Program-made: the position numbers and the translations under genes | In this document: in pieces, positions 23,583 to 38,015 of the stretch | How positions within the stretch are numbered: position 1 is the first letter of the stretch | How the letters are laid out: each line of letters opens with the position of its first letter | Assembly (NCBI RefSeq): GCF_006345805.1 | Contig: NC_043005.1 | Span: forward strand, 59,148,001-59,212,000 | Direction of reading: 5' to 3' | DNA length: 64,000 bases | Source of the DNA: Octopus sinensis | Lineage: Eukaryota | The notes under the pieces: model-generated | What the model was told of the DNA's origin: nothing | Seen by the model: the letters and a program-made list of their open reading frames with translations, nothing else | The model's database searches: none

Positions 23583-23975
23583 GTGCAGGAGTGGCTGTGT
23601 GGTAAGTAGCTTGCTTACCAACCACATGGTTCCGGGTTCAGTCCCACTGTGTGGCACCTTAGGCAAGTGTCTTGTACTATAGCCTCAGGCCGACCAAAGC
23701 CTTGTGAGTGGATTTGGTTGACGGAAACTGAAAGAAGACCGTCGTATATATGTATATGTATATATATGTGTGTGTATGTTTGTATGTCTGTGTTTGACCT
23801 CCCCAAGTTGCTTGACAACTGATGGTGGTGTGTTTACGTCCCCGTAATTTAGCGGTTCAGCAAAAGAAGCCAATAGAATAAATACTAGGCTTACAAAGAA
23901 TAAGTCCTGGGGTCGATTTGCTTGACTAAAGGTGGCCACAGTCAAATGACTGAAACAAGTAAAAAAGTAAAGAAT
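23583..23975 (+). mobile_element. SINE A, full length
   Basis: Homologous to 2425-2830. Confidence 0.9.
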
Positions 23976-24796
23976 ATACGCGTATCTTATAGTTGCCAAA
24001 TGCTACCTCTCCACCACTTCGTGACATTTTTCCCTGTATAATAGTGTACTATTAAAAGAAGATATGTGCATCATTAATAAATATTTTTATCGGCAGTGTA
24101 GTGATGGATAAAGACCTAGTTTATGATAATTTTGTCTCTCTAAGTTTTGTCTTCTCAGTGTTTTCGAAGTTTTGTCAAATGTGTGGCTCGAATAACCCAT
24201 AAAACAGGGAAAAATGCATGACAAGAAATTAGGATGAGTTAGAATTAAGAGAGATAATGGTAATTCTGATAGGCAGTAGCCTATGTTTAAGTTGCAATAA
24301 GCATGCAGTTGCAAAGGGAGGATTTGGAAATGGAGTCATTATTAAGGCAATGGAGGAAGTGCCAGAGAGGTCTTTGAAGGAAGGGTTTTAAGGATCTATA
24401 AGATTCAAAGCTGACAAATGGAATCGGCTAAAATCAAAACTTATTTCTTCTTATTGTAAGATAAGGACAAATCTCGATGTTGCTAAGAACACCATCTTAT
24501 ACTGTATGCATGTATTTATGTATATATGGATGTTTACATGTTCATACTTGTGTATGTATGTCTATGTGTTTGTAACCTGACAGGCATACATACATATACA
24601 TACATAGAAATATGTGTTTGTGTGTGTGAGTGTGTGCGTGTGTGCATGCATATATATATATATGTATATAACATATACACACACACACATGCATATATAT
24701 GCATCTTTATTTATGCTTGTGTATATAAGCATATGAATATGATGTATACAATTGATATAGTCTTCAAATCCTTATTTACAGACCTAAAATTTTGAG

Positions 24797-24992
24797 TTAC
24801 TCTTTTACTCTTTTACTTGTTTCAGTCATTTGACTGCGGCCATGCTGGAGCACCGCCTTTAGCAGTTCAGCAAAAGAGACCGATGGAATAAGTACTAGGC
24901 TTACAAGGAACAAGTCCTGGGGTCAATTTGCTCAACTAAAGGTGGTGCTCCTGCATGGCCGCAGTCAAATGACTGAAGCAAGTAAAGAGTAA
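24797..24992. mobile_element. Two SINE A 3' ends in inverted orientation
   Basis: - fragment 24797-24862 joined to + fragment 24863-24992. Confidence 0.85.
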
Positions 24993-25854
24993 TGTTATAT
25001 GTAGCTAATTCACCATTTTCAGGTTTGTATTTATTGTGGTCTTAGTGCATTCATTGAAAATAATAGTTCATGTCTTTCTGATGTCCATTCATGCCATGGT
25101 ATACTCTATGCTTGTGACATAAGAGTAATCTTATATTGGAAATTTCATCCTGCTTTTCAAGGTGCACAGTATGTGCAGTACAATTAAATCTGATGTTTCA
25201 ATTTTGTCATAGCTTCCTACTGCTTTATAGAAAAATATTCATAATTCTTAACCATTAATACATAGTCATAAAATAATAATAGATTTCTTGCATTCTTTAA
25301 AATATTCATTTCAGTTTTGGGTTCTCAGCTCTCTAATGCTTCCAGAAGAATGATTTTAAGATTAGATATTTAAAATTTAAACTTGTTCAACTTATTTTTG
25401 ATTTGAATAAACCCCTTAATTGGGATATTGCTGAGGTCCCATCATGTTAAGTTTGTTGCTTGTTTTGTTTTTATATAAATTTTCTGTTGATAGCGATTTT
25501 TCGTTGTGTTGATAACATCTATAATTTGATATAGCTATGCAATTTCAATTAGGGTACTTTATTGTTATCTAGAACTTGCATATTTAAAGTATTCAACTCA
25601 ATTTTCTGGATTTATATGTGTAATTAAAGTTTCTATCTTATCGTTTATGATGTTGTTAATATTTGGGTTTATTTTCATGTTATTGTCTCCAGTTCACTTC
25701 TATGGCTTACTTAAATGTCTCAGGAACAATAAATGCTAATTTACTCCTTTTTGTAAGCTTTTTGTATTAAAATTGAATTTAATTTTTAGAATTTTAATTA
25801 TTTTTACATCTTTATTTTGCAAAGGGCCTCTTTTTTATTATTTTGAAAACAAAT

Positions 25855-26280
25855 TTTTTTCTTATTTCTTTACTGCCCACAAGGGGCTACATACAGAGGG
25901 GACAAACAAGGACAGACAAATGGATTAAGTTGATTACAGCGACCCCATTGTGCAACTGGTACTTAGTTTATCGACCCCGAAAGGATGAAAGGCAAAGTCA
26001 ACCTCAACAGAATTTGAACTCAGAATGTAACGGAAGACGAAATACCTATTTCTTTACTACTCACAGGGGTCTAAACACAGAGGGGACAAACAAGGACAGA
26101 CAAATGGATTAAGTCGATTATATCGACCCCAGTGCGTAACTGGTACTTAATTTATCGACCCCGAAAGGATGAAAGGCAAAGTCGACTTCGGAAGAATTTG
26201 AACACAGAATGTAACGGCAGACGAAATACTGCTGAGTATTTCGCCTGGCGTGCTAACGGTTCTGCCAGCTCACCACCCTA
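25855..26280 (-). mobile_element. SINE B tandem form
   Basis: Same junction at 26039-26052. Confidence 0.9.
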
Positions 26281-26621
26281 AACAAATTTATTTCTGTAGA
26301 TATGTTATAAATGCGTTTGTCATTGGAGTATCTCTTCTATTTCACACTTTTGATTACAATTTTGATTTCATCGAGTGAAACTGTATAATAGGTTTTACTA
26401 ATGGTGATGTTTTCAAATCAGTGGGTGGCAATTTTTTTCCTATTATTTAGCTTTGTGCTCATGGTTCATTTATTGTACTCCACTTATTGGGGTTATTTCA
26501 TAGGGTGTTCTGATAATAGGCTAGAAAATTGCTATATTAACGTGGGAAACTCTGTCTAATGTACAGTAAATCATGAAGCATTGTGCATCACTACCCAGAT
26601 ATTCCAAAATTCTTGATCCTT

Positions 26622-27022
26622 TAAATACTCTTTTACTCTTTTACTTGTTTCAGTCATTCGACTGTGGCCATGCTGGGGCATCGCCTTTAGTCGAGCAAAT
26701 CGACCCCAGGACTTATTCTTTGTAAGCCTAGTACTTATTCTATCGATCTCTTTTGCCAAACTGCTAAGTTAGGGGACGTAAACATACCAGCATCGTTTGT
26801 CAAGTGATGTTGGTGGGACAAACATAGACACACAAACATATACGCACACACACACATACATATATATACATATATACGATGGGCTTCTTTCAGTTTCCAT
26901 CTACCAAATCCACTCACAAGGCTATAGTAGAAGACACTTGCCCAAAGTGCCACACAGTGGGACTGAACCCAGAACCATGTGGTTCGTAAGCAAGCTACTT
27001 ACCACACAGCCACTCCTACACC
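26622..27022 (-). mobile_element. SINE A
   Basis: Reverse complement of the family A consensus, with a small internal deletion. Confidence 0.9.
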
Positions 27023-27342
27023 TATGATAACATTTTATTTTAAAATAGAAAGAATCCAAAATATCTATGGTAGTTTCATGATGCAATGATTTCATTGAGT
27101 AAGCTAGGCCATATGTATCTTGTAGGAAAGGTTTTGGTTAAGCATATAAATCATACTGAAAAAATTATTTGTCATGATAAATAACTCTTTTCATCCTCTT
27201 ATTAAAATGTTCCATTTTCAAGTCATTCATTAACGACTTTAAGACTTGGAGATATCAATTTTTGCTGTCTAAGCATTGACTGTGAATTAATCAGTTTGAA
27301 ATTCAACTATGGCTGGTATTGAGATTTGTATGAAATATTAAA

Positions 27343-27733
27343 TCTATATACATAAAGCTGAAGTTGTCTGTGTGTGGCAGGATTGGTAGCCTTCAGCTAA
27401 CACTATCTACTCCGAGACCCTGCGGTGCAAGTTGACCAAATTTGAAAGTATGATAGAAGAAAGCTTGCTCTCATTCCGTAGAAGATAAAATTCAAATCTG
27501 ACCATGTTAAGAACAAAAATTATTTACATCAAAAAGATGCTTTTTTTCTATGAAAATCCCTATTTTTTATGATTTTTTTGACTGCTGTGTCACCATTTTT
27601 CGGTGTATTTCAACCAGAAAAATGTTCACTTAAAGAGAATAACAAGCTACATAATGCAAAATTTTTACTTTTCAAAAATTCCAATTCTAAAGAGTCAAAA
27701 CAAAACCCGAGCAACGCCGGGTGATACTGCTAG
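27343..27733 (+). mobile_element. Non-autonomous Helitron (391 bp)
   Basis: 5' TC (tctatatacataaa), 3' hairpin cccgagcaacgccggg (27706-27721) and terminal CTAG, inserted between A and T. Confidence 0.88.
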
Positions 27734-30349
27734 TTTTGAATATTTTGAACCAGAAGAAAATGAAAGATTTTTCTTTCATATTCAGACTCTTGGCTGGTAA
27801 AATTTTTGTGAGCTTCTCCATTGCACACAAATTGCTGCTACTACCATCCTAATTCTATGGTTTTGTCTTTACAGCCAATTGAATTGGGTGCTTGCGTTCT
27901 TATTTGTCTTTGAGATATTTTGATAATAAGTGCCATTGCTTTTGTTCATTGCCTGAAAGAATGTTTTTGCTCAGAATATATTGTTTTCCATGGTTTCCAA
28001 GTTTATAAATTTAATAAAGTATTAATAGAAGCTTCAAGGATACTCACTTGTCAAACTAAGCAGTATATTCTTTGAGGATTTTATGTCTGTATTATAAAAT
28101 TGTATATATTCGATACGCCATTCAAGTTTACAATATAGACAAATTTGACTTCCAAAGAGTACTTTGGTTCATTGAGAAAAAAAATACCAGCAGGAATATT
28201 TTGTAAAATTGATTTTAAAATAAAGTGTTTTACATGTGTATATGTGTGTGTGTGTGTGTATGTGTGTATCTGTGTATGTGTATGTGCATGTGTGTATGTG
28301 TGTGTGTGTATCTGCATGTGTGTATGTGTGTGTTTATATATACATATGTGTGAATGTGTGCCAGCAGATTGTGTGCATACAGCTGGGTGTACATGTGTTA
28401 GTATATGAATGTCTTGGAACACACACACACCCACTCATGCATGCATAAATTTAAGGCAGTCATAAAAAAAAAACGGCATTCTTCTTTGATGATTACTCTT
28501 CTGAAAAAGAATCACAATTCCACCCAATCATTCTGTATTCTTGGAAATTCAATGCAATATTTGATTTATACACTAATTCACTAGTATAGATCTAGGTAAG
28601 AGAAAATATGAGAAACAAACTTCCATATTATTCAAAATCAATACTCTGATTAGCAAAAAGACACCTCCACATTGTAAAATTTCTATTTCCCCAGCATAAA
28701 TATTGATAAAACAACAACTCAAATTCGTTTAAAGAAAGCTTTTCAAACATTAGCAAACTTCACTGACACACTGTCATTAATAATTCTTTCTGCTATAAGT
28801 ACATGTCTAAAGTTTTGGAAGATGAGACCAGTCGATTATAACGAATCCAGTGCTTGACTGGTACTTATTTTATCAACCTCGTAATGATGAAAAGCAAAGT
28901 CAACATCCATGTACTTTGAACTCAGAACATAACATGTTGGAAGGAATGACATTAAGCCTTTTGTCCTACATGCTAATGATTCTGCCATCTCACTGCCTTT
29001 GTTCATTCATAATAATAAACCACAATTAATAATTCAAATGCCTAGAATCTACGAATGTTAGCACCCTCTAAAATGCAATTATCATTCTCAAAGTCCTTGT
29101 CCACCCAGTGGGAACTGTCCATAAAATATGTTATACGTGCATTTGCTGTGAAACCTAACATTAATAGAAGGCATTAGATTACACCAAATTAATAAATCAT
29201 TTTAAAATTAGATATTATCAACATAACTATACATTTCAAACATTACTGAGAGGATTCGATGGTAGCTTAGTGACATACTTTTAAATTAAACAATATCTTC
29301 TACACCATCTAACATTTTCTGTAGTTATTTATTCCTGAAAAATGTTTTATTTCCAAACACAATATTTAAATGTTGAATTGGCACACTGAACTACTTTTTA
29401 CATGCCTGACAATGAGGAAATAACTTCTTAGATGCCATGATCATATGTCACCATGTTTACTCTAATATGCCTATAGCACAACACATTGTTTTCTTTTTCA
29501 TAACATTTAATATGCTTGTTTACACAAATGCCTTTGAAATTTTAAAACAAATTTACACATTATCTATCATTAGATGGCTTAAATACATAAATACACGTAG
29601 ACACATGCATACACTTGAATATATGTTTTCATTGATTGCATTATATGCATTTACATAGCTGCTAATGATAACAATCATTCAAAATATAACCACTGATATA
29701 TCACCAAAATTTTAAAACTAAATTATACTATCTTTAAAGAAAATAGGGAAAAACATAGAAAATACTACATATTACCTGTTGAGTGATATGAGTATGTAAT
29801 GTGAAAGTGTATTTTGAGAAGAAGAACATGTATTCACATCGTTTGCATTCATCATAATTAAGGCTTTCAAATAAAAATACTTGATTTTTTAACATTGTGC
29901 ATATCTTGCATATTTTGGTTTAAGCTGTCATCTAACATTCAGACACATGTGTACAGATACATATGCATGTGTGTATGTGTGAATTTATGTACGCATGTGT
30001 ATGTGTGTATACATACATATATATATATATACATAAGCATATATACACATACATGTGCACACACACTCACACACATACACACACACACATATGGGAGCCT
30101 ATGTTGACAAAAAATTTTAACAATTTATTTCTATGCTGTTATGGAAAATAGGACACGTGTTTTCCTGTTGATTTTTCCTATGGCGTTTGCACTTTTTAAC
30201 CTGAAAAGTCATGCTATGGTTATGGCAGGCATAGCCAACTTACTGAGAAAAGGTCAACTGCAACAACTTTCAACTAATGTTTTCTCCTATGTTCACTTTT
30301 TACTTTTTGTTCAAACTATATTTTCAAGCTTAGGTTCTTTCCTCACCAG

Positions 30350-30384
<35 letters not shown>

Positions 30385-30419
30385 TATATATACATACAAA
30401 CATACATACATATATATAA

Positions 30420-30455
<36 letters not shown>

Positions 30456-31645
30456 CATACATACATACATACACACACATATATATATATATATAATGTT
30501 GTATATTAAAAATTGACTTCCTTTTTTGTATTGGTTTATGCTGTGAATGAATCGATAGATTTTACTTATTATTTATTGGTATGTACATATATGTATGCAT
30601 GTATGTTTGTGAGAAAAAATAGACTTTGTATATATATGTATGTGTGTGTGTGTATGTGTAAATATATCTATATATAAGATATATATATAATATATGTATA
30701 TATAAATATACATAAATACATATATAATATACTTATATATAATAGATATATACATATACATACATATATATACATATATATATATATCTAAATATGTGTG
30801 TGTATATATATATATGCACACACACATACACACAATCACACATGTGCACACACATGCATACACATATACATGTAAGAAATACCATTTTGTAAGGATCTGC
30901 AAAGGAAATTATAGAAGTCAAAACTAGAATTAGAGTGTTATAGTAATTTAATACGAGCTGAAAAGAATTAGTATTACCATAGTGTAATGGAATTATTAAA
31001 TCGTAATTGAAAGAACCTCATGTAAAGCAGTACATATTTAGGATTGAGAAGGATTGGAGAAAGTGGGCAATAGAAAGGAATAGAAGGTTAAATAAAGTAA
31101 AGTGGGTCTGGAATAAAGAATATGAAGGAGTGTATTAACAGTGAAAATGCGGATTATTAAACATTTTATTGATATATAAATATTAATTTCACAATAGTTC
31201 TTGACACACTGAATAAAAGTTAATTAAAATATATCAATAGTGAAACATTTAATTATAAGGGAAACAATATGATCTATGTTTATAGTTATTAAAACACATA
31301 ATATACAAGACTGAATATATTGCAAGGTTTTATTTAATAATCAACTTTTTTTTCTTAATTAAGTACTGTATTTATGTTTATTCATTTACATCTACTTCTC
31401 ATGAAATACTGAGTATAAATTTAGTTTCAAATATATTTTCATTCATTTGTTACACTTGTACTCTTGCCTTTGTTTCATTTATTAAAAAAAAAAACTGAAC
31501 TCTTTGCAACTATAAATTTGATGTTTGATTATAACATTTTCAACCTTTTTGCTGATGATCACATATGTAGCACATGAAACTTTTGGATCTCAAAATCTGG
31601 AATTTCATATGGATATTTAATTTAATAACTGTACATGTAAATTAT

Positions 31646-31907
31646 GTGGAGGTGCGTGGCTTAGTGGTTAGGGTGTCAGCACCATGATTGGAAGATCGTG
31701 GTTTCGATTCCTGGACTGGGCAACACGTTGTGTTCTTGAGGAAAACACTTCATTTCACATTGCTCCAGTCCACTCAGCTGGCAAAAATGAGTAACACTGC
31801 GATGGACTGGCATCCTGTCCAGCTGAGGAACACATACGCCATAGAAACCAGGAAACTGGGCCCATAAGCCTGGCTAGGCTTTAAAAGGGCACATTTATTA
31901 TATTTTT
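31646..31907 (+). mobile_element. SINE C with a 14-bp TSD
   Basis: TSD tacatgtaaattat at 31632-31645 and 31908-31921. A box tggcttagtggttag and B box ggtttcgattcc. Confidence 0.92.
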
Positions 31908-32492
31908 TACATGTAAATTATATTGTTTCCAGTATATTTAAAGGTTTATCTTCTTCAAGTGACTGCGACTGAGATATGTCTCATATATCACAATACTACA
32001 TCAACATTGTCTGTGCACCATTATGTTTGGTAGACAATAAAGCATATCAATAATATTAACGTAGATAACTGGTTTTTGTTTTGGTGAGGAAGTTTCCAAA
32101 ATATATCTACTATGTATATATAATAAAGTTTGTTATTCAGTATGATAGCAGTGGCCAGTAAAGTCAAACCTGCACTGAGCAATAGTAATAAAGACAAGTC
32201 ATATTTTGACTAAAACAATTTGTTATATCCATTGAGTATCTAATTACTCACAAAGTATTTAAAAGTAGCATTCTTAAAAATCCTTACTTAGACTCTAAAA
32301 AACGATTTACTAACCAAAAAATCTTTAGTGATTCCACAGCATAATAAAATGATGTTTTGTTCAAAATTGAATATAATGAAGAAAAAATCATTGACATCAA
32401 AAACAACAACAGCAACCAAAATAAGAAGCAAAATGTAAATTTGTTATTGTCTTCTTTAATATGTTTATAAAAATTGTAACAGTGCACCACTT

Positions 32493-32932
32493 CTAAACCG
32501 TTTCATTTCCAACCCAACTGAAGCTGGCTCTGGCTCTGAGTACAAAATGTCTTGTTTTCATGACTTTTGAATTAAAATCTTCCACCAAACCTTAGTCCAA
32601 ATTTATCTTTCTAACACTAGTTGAATGATAACTAAGTTATTTTACTAAATTCTTTTGTGTCTGGGGAGAGTAATTTTCTTTTTGTGCCTTATAATGTAAT
32701 ACACTCACCGGTAAAATTTCCACTTATTTCTTATTTCTATTTTCCTAAAATTTTCGTTGCGACATGCAACCTTTTCAATAGTCAGGCACAACAGAATATG
32801 CTTCAACACACAAACTCATATAAAGAATCTTGCAAACCAAATCTAAAAACGAAACTAAATTCTTTGTTATATTTAAAGTAATTGAAAGAAACACAGCTCA
32901 TCTCAAAATAGATACAGTAATGAAAGGGTTAA
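32493..32932. mobile_element. piggyBac-type MITE (family 1) interrupted by a 198-bp insertion
   Basis: Ends gaaagggttaa and is homologous to 48567-48795 and 51620-51849. The insert at 32656-32853 is flanked by the 12-bp duplication actaaattcttt. Confidence 0.85.
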
Positions 32933-33500
32933 ATCATTCCCCAAACATTTTCACAGACTATAAACTTCATAAATACAATAAGATCTGAAGGCAAACCATA
33001 AAAAAGCACACAATTAAGCTCTCATAATTGCCATTTTTAACTTGTGTGAACTTAACACACCTGCATTCATTCCCATTACACCTGTAATATTCCTTTCCAC
33101 TAAAGACACAAAGCCTAAAATTTAAGTGAGAGATAAGTTGATTGCATTGACTCTAGTGTTCAGCTGGTTCTTATTTTATCAACCCCTGAAAGAACGAAAG
33201 GCAAAGTTGACTTTAGCAGAATTTAAACTCTGAACATAGAGCCAGAAAAAAATTCTTCTAAGCATCATGTCCAGGATGATAATGGTACTGCAAGCTCACT
33301 ACCTTAGCTACAAATCTCTTTCTCCTCTTTCCTAACGGGGGTGAACAGGAGGGATATTAATATGTGCTGCCCCTGTCTTTGAAAAACACATCATCCTCTC
33401 CCATTTTCTACCTGTAGAAGGTAGCTTCTTTTCAAAACAGTGTCAGAAAAATTTTCACCAACTTTGAAATCTCTGCACTCCTGTCAAGAGGGCAAGAGAC

Positions 33501-33666
33501 TATGTTCTGAGTTCGAATTCCGCTGAGGTCGACTTTGTCTTTCATCCTTTCGGGGTCGATAAATTAAGTACCAGTTACGCACTGGGGTCGATGTAATCGA
33601 CTTAATCCATTTGTCTGTCCTTGTTTGTCCCCTCTATGTTTAGCCCCTTGTGGGCAATAAAGAAAT
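33501..33666 (+). mobile_element. 5'-truncated SINE B with a 15-bp TSD
   Basis: aagagggcaagagac at 33486-33500 and 33667-33681, a signature of target-primed reverse transcription. Confidence 0.93.
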
Positions 33667-33764
33667 AAGAGGGCAAGAGACATAAAAGCTCATCAACCCT
33701 TTAATGTTCAGCAGAACATGTCATATAACAAAATTTAAGCAATTGACAAATTTGCATATAATCT

Positions 33765-33958
33765 TATACTTGTTTCAGTCATTTGACTGTGGCCATGCAG
33801 GAGCACTGCCTGTAGTCGAGCAAATTGACCTCAGGACTTATTCTTTGTAAGCCTAGTACTTATTTTATCAGCCCCTTTTGCTGAACCATTAAGTTACAAG
33901 GATGTAAACATACCAGCTTCAGTTGTCAAGCGATGTTGAGGTGACAAACACAGACACA

Positions 33959-33999
<41 letters not shown>

Positions 34000-34225
34000 A
34001 CACACACACACCACACACACACACACAAACACACACACAAGCACACACACATATACATATATAAGATGGGCTTCTTTCAGTTTCCGTCTACCAAATCCAC
34101 TCACAAGGCTTTGACCAGCCCGAGGCTATAGAAGAACACACTTGCCCAAGGTGCCATGCAGTGGGACTGAACCCAGGACCATGTGGTTCATAAGCAAGCT
34201 ACTTACCAAAAGCCTCTCCTACGCC
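33765..34225 (-). mobile_element. SINE A with an expanded internal (CA)n
   Basis: Reverse complement of family A. Confidence 0.88.
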
Positions 34226-34572
34226 TATATATATATATTATATATATATATATGATGACCAAACTTACAAGTGATGCAATGTTCGTCTCTTGCCAATATG
34301 AATAATAATAATGATGATGATGACCATCATCATAATAACAACAACAATAATAATAATCATAATAATAATAATAATAACAACAACAACACTTTCAATACAG
34401 AGAAAAGAAGAGGACTACAACAAACCACAGCACATACCCAAGGCACACATTGCTGTGTTCAGTGGTACAGTGAAGGCACTTGAAGAAATAAGACTACTGA
34501 ATAATAATGATGATGATGATGATGATGATAACAACAACAACAACAACAACAACAACAATAGTAATAATAGTG

Positions 34573-34634
<62 letters not shown>

Positions 34635-35039
34635 TCACACAAATTATGGCAAACGGCCAGCAATTTTGTGTGAAAGAGGGCAATTCAATTACACCTAACC
34701 CCGTACTTGATAAGTACTGCATTTTATGATCCCTGGGTAGGTGGGGTGATAAAATCAAAGTTGATCTCAGCATAATTTGGGATCTTGGTGATGATGATGA
34801 TGATGATGATGGTGGTGGTAGTGGTGGTAGTGGTGGTGGTGTTGGTGATGATGATGCTGATGGAAATTGGCTACGTGAAATTTCGAGCTGCAGTGCAAAA
34901 AGCTTTTAATAAAAATAAAATACACATTCTACCACATCTGTGGAGCCTCTTTCCGTTCATTTGTAAACAAATGTTCACCAATCTACATATGCATGCACAA
35001 GCTGGCATGCACACACAGACACAGACACACACACACACA

Positions 35040-35074
<35 letters not shown>

Positions 35075-36440
35075 ACACACACACACACATATTGTGTATG
35101 TATATGAAGGTGCATGTACATATGTCTTTATGTGTGTATGGATAAGGAATTGGAAATACAAAAATAGCTTGATAGATTAAGATTATATGAAATATTTGTA
35201 AAGAAAAGGTGACTAAAACCCCTTCCAATTTACGAAATTCCCTTGATCTTCTCAAACAAATAAAATAAAGAACTTATAACTAGTAGGAAATTAAATGGAA
35301 TTGCTTATATCACTTCTGATATCTCTGAAGTTTCTCAGAGAATGAAAGAGACAAGAAAACAACATTGGGAAGAATTTATCACTCAGTACTAAGAAATGAA
35401 GCATTCAAACATGGTATTAATCATTCTCACCCACGCCTTTGTTCTTTTTTTTTTTTTCTTTTTCCCCCCGTTTCTTTGAAATTTTTTTTTCAAAAAATAT
35501 TATCATCATTTATTTTTGTTACATTTCAAGCTTGATCAATATAATGAAAGGCAGTCATTATGTTACTTGTTTTGAAAGAGAAAAATAAATTAAACACTCA
35601 CGTACGCACATATGCTTGCACGCACATACCCATACACATGCATATGCAAACACACGCAAACACATGCTGTTTCAGAACATAGAAAAACACGTAGAGAGAA
35701 ATAACGAAGAGGATGGTGGGAGGTGTGTGGCTGGAGGGAAACTGATACATGAAATGAAAAATAAAATGTTACAATAAATCTCAATGAAAAATAACTATTG
35801 ACAATGACTTGTCTTGATAAGAAGAAGCTGTGTTTTCTTCTGTTAGTGGCTTCAGTATAAACATATGAGCTAACGTACAAATCGGTTTTAAGATATATGT
35901 TTATAAGAACATTTCCTCGTTCCTAAATTGTTTATTAGGATTAACCAATCAAATGTATCCTTTGATAATAAAGGGGTGAAAAAGTAAAAATCCAAAAGAA
36001 AAAAACCAAAAAAAAACCCAGTTAAAGTAAAGAAAAATGTTTCTGTCATGTTTAATACGTTTTGATGAGATTTTCCTGAGATTTCTCAACATTTTGGTGC
36101 ACAAGAAGATTTAATTAAGCAGATTGGTTATTGGTTTTGGCAGAAGCACTAGAGTGTCGGACAAAGGCAAAAATAAATAAAGACGTACATAAATAAAATA
36201 AAATAAGATAAAAACAAGAAAATTATAATAGTTGAGGTATTTGGTTACGTAACTTTATAGTGAGATGAAACTAAATACAGCAAGTTCTTTAGTTTATATT
36301 GTTTATACAATAAGTCAGTTAATAAAACTATACAAAATTGAACTAAGTCTATAACAGATCAAAACTAAGCAGTAAATTTGATATTTTTAAAATATCCTCA
36401 CCGAGATTTTCACTTAGTATATATCGTATCCAAACATAAA

Positions 36441-36670
36441 GGCAGTGAGCTGGCAGAAACGTTAACATGGCAGGCGATATGCATAGCCGTATTTCGTCTG
36501 CCATTACGTTCTGAGTTCAAATTCCACCGAGTTCGACTTTGCCTTTCATCCTTTCGGGGTCGATAAATCAAGTACCAGTTACACACCGGGGTCAATGTAA
36601 TCGACTTAATCCATTTGTCCGTCCTTGTTTGTCCCCTCTATGTTTATCCCCTTGTGGGTAGTAAAGAAAT
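36441..36670 (+). mobile_element. SINE B, full-length monomer
   Basis: ggcagtgagctggcagaaacgttaac...gagttcaaattcc...gtagtaaagaaat. Confidence 0.92.
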
Positions 36671-37681
36671 ATATATCATATCCAAACAAGAATACCATGG
36701 ATTTAATAACTCTGGCAAAACTTGAAGTGAGAATATAGCTGATCAATGCTAAATAGTGCCACCACAATTTTTTCCAGCATCATCATCGTCGTTATTTTAC
36801 ATCTTCTTTCCATGCTGACATTAGTTCGACGGGTGGCCCTGAATGGAATTAGCATGTATTCAGTTGTGGGGTATGTAATTCTCCCCTAAATGCATCAGAG
36901 GAACGCATCTCTCTTGTGTGCTTTTCTTTTGGCTTGACTTCTGTAGCTGTATATCCTTAGCAAAGGTAAAGTGTCCTCACAGCCTTATGCTTGACAGAGT
37001 GTAGTGCATGTGCACCAGCTCTAGAGAAGCAGTCATGTCCTTGACATGACAAAGGAAACCTTATGAACCATGTCTCATTTCATTTCCCAACTCCTTTATA
37101 GAGTGAGAGACATGACTGACAGAAGTTTGAAAGGCAGAGGTATAAATGGTGGCGATAAGACAGATGTGTGAGAGGGTCATAAGTGATTGGGGTGTCCAGC
37201 ATTTTGAGATAGATGTATATATTCAAGGCAAAGTGACTGTGATATTGTTAGGTATCCAATAATATCAGCTAGATTTGAAATACAAACAAAGCAGATCAAA
37301 TGTAAATACTCTAAAGTTCTTAGCAACTCCTGTAATGTTTGAACTAGGAATTTGGTTACTTAAAACTAAATATGGAATGTTTATTAATATAGCTGGTCAT
37401 AATTAAATACCATATAGTGTTAAATATCCTCATCAATTTTAATTGAGAATATAAGAAATCAAAATTAAAGAGCAGTCTAGAATACTTGTGATTACTTAAT
37501 CAAGCTGGAGTGATTACAAGCAAAGCCAAACTTAAGTTTCCTCTGAAATAGATACTTAGTTTATTAGCTGAGACAGTTATGAGTGCTCTCATGGAAAGAT
37601 TTGTCATTATAGGAAGCAAACTAGAAGAGACAGGGTTCCTTCTTCATCAAAGTTTTTCTTGTAGCAGTAGTTGAATGGTGT

Positions 37682-38015
37682 GAAAGCGCGTGACTTAGTG
37701 GTTAGGGCATTCGGCTCATGATTGTAAGGTCATGAGTTCAGTTCCCGGTGACGCGTTGTGTACTCGAGCAAGACACTTTATTTCATGTTGCTCCAGTCTG
37801 CTCAGCTGGCAAAAATGAGTTGTACCTGTATTTCAAAGGGCCGACCTTATCACACTCTGAGTCACGCTGAATCTTCCTGAGAACTACATTAGGGGTACCC
37901 ATGTCTGTGGAGTGCTCAGCCACATACATGTTAATTTCATGAGCAAGCTGTTCCATTGATCGTATCAGCTGGGACCCTCGTCATCATAATCGACAGAGTG
38001 CTCGTTATCTTACCT
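37682..38015 (+). mobile_element. SINE C variant (tail 2) with a 14-bp TSD
   Basis: TSD tagttgaatggtgt at 37668-37681 and 38016-38029. Same variant at 54828-55130. Confidence 0.9.

Noticed and set aside
25000-27330. Decayed LINE on the - strand (VSLDEIKIVIKSVK-like fragment near 26370), and similar AT-rich sequence at 42850-43680
   Set aside because: Too many stops and no RT or endonuclease motif recognised. Plausible but not supportable by eye.
28048-28086. - strand 39-nt micro-exon DIKSSKNILLSLT resembling a kinase catalytic loop
   Set aside because: The Asn is at D+6 rather than D+5, no other kinase exons were found, and splice-like signals arise by chance in AT-rich DNA.
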